The notes under the pieces are model-generated. The model had not been told where the DNA came from and ran no database searches. It saw nothing but the letters and a program-made list of their open reading frames with translations. A DNA stretch of 63,707 nucleotides, counting the filler, from Aduncisulcus paluster (taxonomy: Eukaryota), in NCBI GenBank assembly GCA_024181965.1. It is 8 parts of 8 records of this genome, joined end to end, with 100 filler letters (N's around TTAATTAATTAA, not from the genome) between each part and the next. Parts side by side here need not be neighbours in the genome. Positions count along the whole stretch, not along the records: positions 35,862 to 45,952 come from BQXS01011254.1; 7 more parts are not named here. One strand, 5' to 3'. Below are positions 35,862 to 46,052 of this stretch, piece by piece. How positions within the stretch are numbered: position 1 is the first letter of the stretch; each line of letters opens with the position of its first letter. Both the position numbers and the translations under genes were made by a program.

Positions 35862-37145
35862 AAAGCAAAAGAAAAGAAAGCCAAAGCTGATAAACTCCGT
35901 GCCAAGAAAGAAAAAGAAAGGAAAAAGAAAGAAATTGAACGCAAAATGAAGATTGCTCGTGCGAAAGAGAAGTTCGATAAGCGTCAAGCCAGAGAAGCCA
36001 GGAAGAAACCAAAGCCTCCCAAGCAAGGAGATGTTTCATGCTGGCGTCGGTTATTTGTTGCAAATCAATGGGCTAAACTCCAGGCATCCCGTCATACCAG
36101 TACAGCCTTCACCATTCTAACGACTCTCTTTATTTTCTATCTCATTGGATGGTGGTCAAAAGATGTCTATTCCAGTCAAATCATCCGTATATTCTACATT
36201 TGTCTGTGCATAAGCATTATATCTCTCATCCAATGGGTATTTAGGGCTGCTATCTTAACACGCATTGTACCGTTGGCCACCCACTCGTTCCCTAGTCTTC
36301 TGAGTACCTGCAATTGCTCTCTCCTGGTTCTTTGTGATGGATGTGCTGGATATTATATCCACGGAGCATGTGTACACTCCTCTGCTGACGTTAGTCTTGA
36401 GAAACTCCATCGTCATTTACGACTGGAAGAAGAAAGAGCGTTTGTTGGTCGTGGATTGGTTGTTGGTTCTGAGGAACAAGTGTACCGTCTCTTTGCAACC
36501 TCTGCCTTCAAACGGGCATTCACAAGCCTCATGATGTCCTCAAACATGGAAAGAACACAGATCAACACCAACAGAATGATAGGAATCGGAGGAGGAGGAA
36601 GAGCAGCAATGGGGAAAGCAATAAGATCTGATGCAAGGGGTAGTGGAGCTAGTGGAGCCGCAGGAGGTGTTGGAACAGCTTCGGACACTGAGTTATATCA
36701 CCATTCTATGTTTGAGAAAGAACTTAAGAGAGTGTTCTCGGGCGCTGACTCTTCAATTTCCACTGGTAATGAAGGAATAAGACGGAAGAGATCCGATAGA
36801 CTCCCATTTAAAGCAGAAGACCTTGGAGTTGCTGTAATATCTGCCAGAACATGCATTCAAAATGTGTTTGATTGGCCCCTTGATGCAAATGCCTTATCTT
36901 CCCATGTTTTGTGTCCTGAGAAAGGCGTGAACTTTGAGAATGCATTTTTATGCGGTATTGAGTGGAATTTAATCACCATGACAGCAATGCTCATGTGTGC
37001 ATTCGATAAAATGTGCAATAATAATATCTTACTTGCGGCATTCCTGACTTTTGTGTTGGTCGAAATTATCGGAGTATTCAGAGTATTATTTGCACAATCA
37101 ACAATAGGGAAAACAACTCTGATTGGAAAAGAGTTTATTATGTAG
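35862..37145 (+). CDS. TMEM67: Meckelin (TMEM67/MKS3), C-terminal part; 5'-truncated
   Basis: VSCWRRLFVANQWAKLQ, GYYIHGACVHSSADVSL..L...L..E......RGL and terminal IGKTTLIGKEFIM match meckelin VSIWRTYFVANEWNEIQ, GYYIHGRSVHGHAD and LASKTLVDQRFLI. Confidence 0.9.
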   Translation, partial: KAKEKKAKADKLRAKKEKERKKKEIERKMKIARAKEKFDKRQAREARKKPKPPKQGDVSCWRRLFVANQWAKLQASRHTSTAFTILTTLFIFYLIGWWSKDVYSSQIIRIFYICLCISIISLIQWVFRAAILTRIVPLATHSFPSLLSTCNCSLLVLCDGCAGYYIHGACVHSSADVSLEKLHRHLRLEEERAFVGRGLVVGSEEQVYRLFATSAFKRAFTSLMMSSNMERTQINTNRMIGIGGGGRAAMGKAIRSDARGSGASGAAGGVGTASDTELYHHSMFEKELKRVFSGADSSISTGNEGIRRKRSDRLPFKAEDLGVAVISARTCIQNVFDWPLDANALSSHVLCPEKGVNFENAFLCGIEWNLITMTAMLMCAFDKMCNNNILLAAFLTFVLVEIIGVFRVLFAQSTIGKTTLIGKEFIM

Positions 37146-37366
37146 AAAGTTATTATTTTTATAAAACTTCAAGCGTCTTTTTCCTTAAAAACAACAATAA
37201 AATTCAAATCATCATTATTTTTTTATTCACATGGTTATATCTTATTATTTGTTATTGAATTCAGGCCCATTTATTTTGTTAGAAGAAAAGAATCATCCAA
37301 GAATGATTATGGTTTTATTTTGCCCGCACCTCATCAGAGTCCTTGGCTTTAAATATAGAAAACGCT

Positions 37367-38398
37367 ATGGAGAGTGATATTATTGAACAGGCAAAGCAAA
37401 TGTCCAAGCCTGAGTTGTTGAGACTTGTTGGACAGCTCCAGGCCGATAAAGTGGAATTGCGATACGAGATTGAAGATTTGAAAGCCAAAAATAAGCCAAA
37501 ACCTTCAAAAAACGAACCTCCGCAACCTCCAATTTACTCAACTGAGCAAAAAGAAAAACTTAATTTCCCCTGTTGTTGTCCCATCGCCCGCGTTGATTTT
37601 AAGGAAGATTTACAACACTTGAAATATGATGAGGATTCAGAATCAACATATAAAGGATTAAAATGGTTATATCTTGTGTTCTTAATTCGGTTTTTGGCTT
37701 ATTTCGTCAATGATGTCTCCCTTATCACGTTCTGCATCCATTATAAGTCTTCCAGTGAACTATGGGCTTCCATTATCATGGCCATATTTACTAATTTGAT
37801 TTTTGCAATTCCTATGTCCTTTGCTGGTTTTAAAACAGCCTACAATGGTGCCATGAAGAGTAACTCTCGTTTGTACTTTGCCTGTTTCTTCCTTCAGTTT
37901 GTTTTCATGATATACGACGGACTAATGGTTGCTGGAATCAACAACTGTGGGGTTATGACCTTGCTTTCCATCCAGAAATCTGATCGTGATAAATCTCTTA
38001 TGATTATGTGTTATGTTGTCATTTCTCTTGGATCTCTTGCCATTCTGTGCACCATCATCGCCCTACTTCCTCTTGTTGTTGCCCGTCAGAAGCTTACGGG
38101 CAAGTGGCAGGCCAAACAAGAGAAGAAAGCCCGTCGTGAAGCCGAGAGAGAGAAGCAAAAGGCTGAACTGGCTGCTATTGAGCACGAAGAGAAAGAGAAA
38201 CAGAATCTTCTCAAAGCAGAAGAGTCTGAGACTGCTACTCCTACTCCCACTGAATCCCCAACTGTCAAGGAAGTTAAGAAGGCAGATGATCCCAAACCTC
38301 CTGCTCCAGCGAAACCAACTGAAACACCGCCTGCACCGATCTCTGTTGATGACAAGGCCGGTGAGGATCTAGTTGATGAATTCCTTGAGAAGGTATGA
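37367..38398 (+). CDS. SCAMP-family (secretory carrier membrane protein) four-TM protein
   Basis: NFPCCCPIARVDFKEDL (SCAMP NWP..P...DI..EI), four TM segments, E-peptide-like AYNGAMKSNSRLYFACFF and GINNCGV; charged/Pro-rich tail. Confidence 0.75.
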   Translation: MESDIIEQAKQMSKPELLRLVGQLQADKVELRYEIEDLKAKNKPKPSKNEPPQPPIYSTEQKEKLNFPCCCPIARVDFKEDLQHLKYDEDSESTYKGLKWLYLVFLIRFLAYFVNDVSLITFCIHYKSSSELWASIIMAIFTNLIFAIPMSFAGFKTAYNGAMKSNSRLYFACFFLQFVFMIYDGLMVAGINNCGVMTLLSIQKSDRDKSLMIMCYVVISLGSLAILCTIIALLPLVVARQKLTGKWQAKQEKKARREAEREKQKAELAAIEHEEKEKQNLLKAEESETATPTPTESPTVKEVKKADDPKPPAPAKPTETPPAPISVDDKAGEDLVDEFLEKV

Positions 38399-38958
38399 AT
38401 ACAATATCATTGAGTGTAATTGATGTGAAGTTCTAAGATGTGTTAAAGATCTATTATTGTTGTTTCAACTGAGAATACTACTAGTGGCCGAGAGAGTCTT
38501 CTTTCTCACTCTGCGATATAAATAGAACAAGGTGATTCGAATATATTTCTTTTTTTCTCCTTTGTTTATTGGTCTATTGTTTTGTTTTGTTTTTCCCTAT
38601 TTTTATTTAATTTTTTTCCCCCATTTCCATTGTTTTGTGTATTCTTGAAGCCTTTTAAATCACAAATACAATGATATTATGCTTTATATAATTGGTATAT
38701 AAGTCTTCTTTCTACATTCTACTATTGGACTTGGAGTCTTATGATATTTGATAATTGTCTAATTTGATCTGGATTTATGATCATTCACAAAAAAACAAAA
38801 AAACAAACAAAAAAAAAAAAAACGGAGAATATTCCATTTCTGGCCGGTCTAAATGAATAAAGCCCATATATATATATTCTTTGAAGTCTATTTTTAGACT
38901 TTCCTGAGAAGAATCAATATCTCACTAACATGGGAATAATCCTTCTAGATCTGTGCTA

Positions 38959-41048
38959 TTATTCACCCCAAATCTTAGCATATTCGTCTTCGAATTGAAT
39001 TTCTATCCTTTCATGTTGTTGTTTCCTCTCCCTTCTCTTCCGTTCAATCTGATCTCGACGGTTATCGACAATAAATCTTATCATATCGAGCATGCACCAC
39101 TCATGTCCACCCCATGAATTTACACATTTCACAGTGCAGCCAGTGACATTATCAATACAAGAAATATCAAGTTTATGCCACTGGTATTCTTTTTCCGGCA
39201 TTCTCTCCAATCGAAATTCCTTCGTTATTTTCCCAATGCCTCCACATCCACCTCCAGCACTTACAGTGGTCTGACTCTCAGTCTCAGTGACTACACCGAT
39301 TGATCGACAAGTTGTTCCATCATCAGTGTGGAGAATAACATCAATGTCTTTCGGTTGGCTTTCATACCCGCCCGAACAGAGTTCTATCCAGCATATTGAT
39401 CTTGGGAAGGAGAATTGGAGTGTAAATTCATAGAACATGAGACACTGTTTCCCTTTCAAGAAATATATTAGTTCACTGGGTCCACATATCTCCNNNNNNN
39501 NNNNNNNNNNNNNCTTACAGTGGTCTGACTCTCAGTCTCAGTGACTACACCGATTGATCGACAAGTTGTTCCATCATCAGTGTGGAGAATAACATCAATG
39601 TCTTTCGGTTGGCTTTCATACCCGCCCGAACAGAGTTCTATCCAGCATATTGATCTTGGGAAGGAGAATTGGAGTGTAAATTCATAGAACATGAGACACT
39701 GTTTCCCTTTCAAGAAATATATTAGTTCACTGGGTCCACATATCTCCTTAAAAGAACCTTCCAGACCCTTCTTAATGATTTTAGCAGGCTTATAATGCAT
39801 GACATCAAGAACAGGCAAGACATCTCGATCTCCTTTCATCATGAACTCACTCTTTGACGCTCTCAGCATTCTTTCTTTCTCTTTTCTTTCGAAGGCCTGT
39901 CTGTGAGCATGTTCCTCCTCTTCTCCCTTGAATATCCTGATCCCATCTATTCGATGCCACGGATTGCCAGCCCACGATGAAACACAACATATCTCACAGC
40001 ATATTACATAAGGTTTGGGATCACCAATGACACGTGACATATCCGGATTATTATCAACGCGAGCACTTGACACATCTTCACTAGCAAGAGCTACATGAGA
40101 GATTGGAGGAATAGAAGGAATGGAATGTGATGAATCGGTAATCAAATCATCAAGAGGCAGAGAGAACCAGGCATATGTCGGACTCTCAACTCTATCGATT
40201 CTAAACTCCCTTTTAAACTCTGTGCCATTACTCAATGTGATTATTATATCAATATCTTTTGGCTGGTTATCACCGCCAAACACACATATATGAACACAAC
40301 GAAGGAGCCGAGGGGCATAGAGCGGACAGAAAGGGAGTGAAATGCATGAACACATCAAGAAAGACGCACCATCTAGCATCTGAATGAAGTTATTAAGAGT
40401 ATTATGTTGGGAAAATACACCAGAGACCTCTTCTCGAGCTATTCTTACAACTCCAGGATGAGATACATCAACATCTCCTTTGCGACCATGATTGGACAGA
40501 AATATACCACGGATAGCATGCTCATCACGTCTGGATTGCATTTCTTCAAAGTTACGAGTGAGTTCTGGGTTGGATTCAGCGATGAATTGAAGACCTTCGA
40601 CAAAACACCAGTTTCGGTCACCCCACGACGCTTTACATCCAATATCACACCTAACGACGGACTTAATTCCAATGGAAATCGAGAACCATGCGTGCTCAGT
40701 CAAGGCAACTGGAGGGATAAAACACTGTCGTTTCAACTTACTTCCATTCTCCAGGTGGAAAATAAATAGTAAGTGTCTAGGTTGGGTATGATAACCAAAA
40801 AGGGACAAATTAAGACAATCAAGAGACTGGGGACAGTCAAATGGAATAAATAATTTGAAAAACAGGAGATTACCATTTCCTTCGAAGAAATTCTCAAGAT
40901 CAATTCTATTCATATCACCTCCAAGGGAACATATTACTTTTTCAGCATGTATCTTAACGTTTAAGGGGTGTACAGCTACAATAGAAGATCCATTCTGAAT
41001 GCGAGATACTTTTAGTATATTTTGTGGAGATGAAGCACTACTTCCCAT
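38959..41048 (-). CDS. Predicted N-myristoylated protein with three tandem copies of the lineage-specific beta-sandwich-like domain; split in the ORF track by a gap duplication
   Basis: Starts MGSSASS. Three QP(K/R)..I....NG/DG..K.EF......W......V..C...C..SWG...W....G/M(L/I)RF units. 39260-39493 duplicates 39514-39747 across N20. Confidence 0.75.
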
Positions 41049-41588
41049 AAAAGAATAATATTTAAACAAATAAATTGTAAATCGGTGGAAAAATAGTTCA
41101 AACTCCGGAGAAAAACGTGTCTGATCAGATATGGCATGAAACCTATAGTGATAAAATAGAAATAGGTCAATAACGTTCAAGCAAACATATAGAGAAAAAT
41201 TTAAACGACAAAGTTCAAGATAATATTCACCAATTCGCCAGGATAACGAAGAATTGTGGGATATCTGTTTTACAAGGTATCAACAAATACAAAGGGACAA
41301 ATATCTCTAATTAACAATATACATTGTTATTTTCAATTTCAAATTTTCATAAAATTGAATATATGTCGAGAAAAGTGAGGGTGGTTTTTGTTGGGGTTGA
41401 ATTCAATGAATTCATAAAAACTGCTGTATTCAATGATAAGAGACAAAATTCTGGAAAAAAAAATCTGATTAATTTTTTTAATAGGTTTTCCTTTGAGAAT
41501 ATTGTCTATATCTGAGGTATGTCAGAGACTTTCTGATCATTTGAAATGAGTCATTTTCGATGATTTCGAGACTTGTTTACTTAGTAAG

Positions 41589-44500
41589 TTACAATTTGCT
41601 ATTCCATCTACCTCGTGTTGGAGTATACATATCGGAATCAATGATATCTCCTTTGTAATCACCATATTTCTTCAACTGACGCTGAACAATCTCTTCAATT
41701 GATGGACATTTGACTCCCAACCCAAAACGAGGAATAAATGGTTTAATTTTTTGCACTGCTTCTCTTGCTTCATGAACCGACATTCTCTCTTTTGGATCCA
41801 TTTTAGTCAATCCCACAAATACTTCGGCCAAACAATCGGCAACTTCTTTGCCCCCATGTGGACTTTCCCTTAAATCCTTAAATATGGGACATATTGTAAT
41901 TTTAGGGAAGAATCCATCCTTCATTAAGTTAAGCAGAACAGCGGAAAGAGAACCACCATGCTCACGAAACTTCAATTGGAATTCAGGTATACCCAAGAAT
42001 GGTGGATAACAATTAAACAATGTAAATATTGTCATTCCCAATGAGTATGCATCACTTTTCGCATCTTGATGTCCGTGTAAAGCTTCTGGAGCATTGTAAA
42101 TGAGTGTGCCACAAATTATCTCTTCATCTTCTTCTTCTTTATCCTTACTTGATTTTGTTTTCAAAGATAATGAATGCACTGAAGAGGCGGACATTAAAAC
42201 TGAATTCTGAAGTTTGACCAAACCCAAATCCCCAAGAACAACTTTGCATTCATTTGTCTTGGGATCAATTCTAACAAGAAAGTTATCAGGTTTGATATCA
42301 CGATGGGCAAAACCCTCACCCTCGTTTTTTCCGATTTTCTGCTGAACGTCATCAAGACATTCGGTGGAAGAAACACAAATGGAGGCTATTTTGAATGGAT
42401 TGTATGATTCAGGAGATATTCTAACCCTAGAGGGTGAAGAATGGGATTCAGAGGAATCAGAGCGTGAGCAATCAGAACTCTTTTCATCACTTGTTCTTGT
42501 TATATCATCAATACACCAGAGTTTGGAAAACTCAGAAATGTTTCCACCTCGACAAAATTCCATCGAAAAACCATATTCACCGAAGAGCTTCTTGTTGAGG
42601 AAATTGAAAATATACTGAGGCTTTGGGATTCTTTCTGAGCATTTTTTAAACATCTTCCTTTGGGTTTTAAACTCGGTTTTAAAATCCTCAATCAAATTTT
42701 CATCCGCTTGTCGAAGCATTTTCTTGAACACGCATGGTTCTGCAATCCCAGGAATCTGTACAAGTAACACTTGACCAAATCCACCTTGTCCAATGATACA
42801 TAACGATTCAATTCCATCTGATGTAGTCAAGGTGTAAGTATCAGGAAGTTTAGGTTTCGGATCTGGGGCTGGAGGTTTTGGAATGACTGACGAAATTGGA
42901 TCTAAAATTGTTTTTAGTTTGGGTTTTTTAGGTGTAGTTTTCGACTCATGAGGAGAAGAAATTGTTTTAGCTATATCCATAGGTTTTGAGTTGGCTTCTG
43001 AGAGATCATCCCCAGAAATTGATTCTAGTTTTGGATGAAGAAAACCACCAAGTATTACAGGTAAGGAATCTTCAGATTCTGAATAAGAAACTTGAGATTT
43101 GGACTGTGAAGGGTTTGAATCCACAGGTGGAATCAAGCCATCAGGTATTGAATCTTCAGATTCCGAAACTTGAGATTGGTGAGTTGCAGGAGAAATAGAA
43201 AGAATGGAGGTAGTTGTTGATATATGAGTATCCTTTGGGAGATCAGTCCCGGCTTCCAGCCTTGAATCGCCATCAACATGCGTTGGACATGGGGCTTTAG
43301 GATTACCAGTCACAGAACTGATGGGTAGATGCTTCTTACACTTGTTATATATAAGCAATACAACGAACACAACGAGACCAATCCCACCAAAAACCATCAG
43401 CGAAATCCTCAGAACTTGATTATGACACAACCAAATTCCAGCCACAAGAGCAGTACTCGCAAAACTCACGAGCAAATCCATCAACAGAACAGAGTCATTT
43501 GAATGTTTATCTCTATAAACCTTCCATCCAGAAATCATCAAAACAAAGGAAAGGATACCCAGACATACAGAAGCCCAACACAACGGGTGCAGACTGTAAC
43601 TTTCAGAGAAGACGAAATCATAGAAGATTGGGAGGATGAGCATTGGCATCCATAAAAATGCAAAAATCGGGGTGGCAATGCTCTCAAAAAAGGGATCTCC
43701 AAATAGTTTGACAAAACCGGAAGAAGATTTATCAAAGAACCCTATCACTGAACAAACTTCGAAAAATACAAAGAAGAGCGCCAATATAGTCGATGTCAGT
43801 GACATCTTCCAATCTGCTTTGGATATCCAGAGTGCAATAGATGACACAATAAAGAAGGAATCGAACAGAGTAAAGATGGACATGAAGAGAGGGGAACCAA
43901 GCTCATCCAAGTCAAAAGTTGCTTTTTTAGCCATAATAACGATCCCAACCACCATATTTATCAACAAATCACCACCAATCATTATTATAGTGATTAAGAC
44001 AGGCGTACTCATATTGCGAGAGTTATCCAGAAAAACGTAGAGACAAATAGAAAATCCAATTGACTGTACTATCATTGATATAAACTGGATAAATTTTTTA
44101 GAAGTGCTGAATAACTTAAAAGAACCGATAAATATGGGAATTAAAAGAATCAACAAACCAATGATAATACACACACCATAAGCCTGAACATATCCAATAA
44201 AGAGAAGTGTGAGAGAAATTATGCATACTCCTATTACGATTGATATTAACAGAGCAATCAAAACAAGGAACAAACCAACGAGAATAAATTCAATATCATC
44301 TTGAACATATCCAAAAATGAGAAGAACTACACACAGTCCATTAATAACGAATACCAAGAATCCCAAAGCAGGCCCTTCATCCCCTATATCCTTCTTCTTA
44401 TACAGCACAAACGTCAACACAACGAACATAATGAGCCCAATCCCACCGAGAACCATCAAGGAAATACTCACATCTGGATTATGACACAACCAAAGCCCGG

Positions 44501-45952
44501 CCGCAATAGAAGTACAAGCAAAACTCACAAGTAAATACATAGGAATATCATTTGCATGTATATCCACATAAAACCCCGAATGTTTATCTCTATAAAGCTT
44601 CCATCCAGAAATCATCAGAACAAAGAAGATGATACCCAGACATCCAGAAGCCCAACACAACGGGTGCAGACTGTAACTTTCAGAGAAGACGAAATCATAG
44701 AAGATTGGGAGGATGAGCATTGGCATCCATAAAAATGCAAAGATGGGGGTGGAAATGCTTTCAAAAAAATCATCTCCAAAAAGTTTAACAAAACCGGAAG
44801 AATCCTTGTTCAAGAACCCAATGCTCGAAACAACATCAAAGAAGGCGAAAAAAAGTGTCAATATGGTTGATATTAGTGACATTTTCCAATTTCTCGTGGA
44901 AATCCAGAGAGCAATGGATGAGACCAAAAAGAATGCCTCGAACTGAGTAAAGAGGGACATGAAGAGAGGATTTCCGATTGAGGCCAAGTCATGAGATGTT
45001 TCTTTAATCATGTAAACAGTACCAACCAACATATTTATAAACGTATCAATACAAATCATTATTATGGTGATTTTGCTACAAGTCGGCCTAGTGGAGAAAT
45101 CATCCAGCCATAAATACAAACATATAGAAAATACAGCCGATTGTACAACCATTGTAATAAAAGGAATACCTGTTGAAGAATTGAATAATTTCAATCCTTT
45201 TTCAAAGTTGTAATATAACAATATGAAATAACCAATAGAGAATATAATCAGAAGAATCAATAAACCTAAAACAATACACGCCCTACTGTCTTTGACATAC
45301 CCCCAAATGAGAAGCATTAATCCCAACCCAATAGCATTTAAGGCAAAACATTTCAACATTGCATACTCTCCATTTATAATACTAAAAATAGGTTCAAAAC
45401 TGGAACTCTTTCTTCCTTCCTTAAATATAGCCCCTTTATCCACATCAACAATAAAGAAAGTCAAAATGATAAAAAGGATTGGGAAAATAAAAAACCATCC
45501 ATTCAAACAAAATCCTGCAAGACAAGTGCATCCACACGTGAAAAAACTTCCAAAATACGCGAATGTATGTTCAAATTCCTCCATAGTCATCTCAGCTGCC
45601 ATATTCCAGACTAATGCAATTATAATTCCAGTAACTAATCCACCAATACACCATCCACGATATTTTTCTCCTCGTTCCAGGAGAGTTAACCCTTTTGAAT
45701 ATAATGCCATGAAAACTCCAGAAATGAATGAAGGAATAAAAGAAAGATAGACAAATGTTGCTTTCTTTTCACAACAATGCATCGAAAGAACGGAAATAAC
45801 AAGAAAACCGAGTCCAACAATGAATACATACATAAAAGTTACATTACCGAACGATATTGCTGATCTTTCTGAGTCATCCTTAATATAGCCCCAAATGAGA
45901 AATACAATGGTTATACCAATAGAATTTAACATTAAACATGTCACTTCAGTAT
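41589..45952 (-). CDS. Polytopic membrane protein (about two dozen TM segments, internally repeated) fused to a C-terminal Ser/Thr protein kinase; 5'-truncated
   Basis: Kinase motifs IGQGGFGQV, VFKK, HRDIKPDN, DLG, GTLIYNAPE and DAYSLG; ~870 aa of hydrophobic helices; DNA-level internal repeat with a 1077-nt offset (43504 vs 44581). Confidence 0.88.
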
Positions 45953-46052
45953 NNNNNNNNNNNNNNNNNNNNNNNNNNNNNNNNNNNNNNNNNNNNTTAA
46001 TTAATTAANNNNNNNNNNNNNNNNNNNNNNNNNNNNNNNNNNNNNNNNNNNN

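Noticed and set aside
38480..38545. TAGTGGCCGAG...GATTCGAAT resembling tRNA A and B boxes
   Set aside because: No acceptor, anticodon or T stems can be formed.
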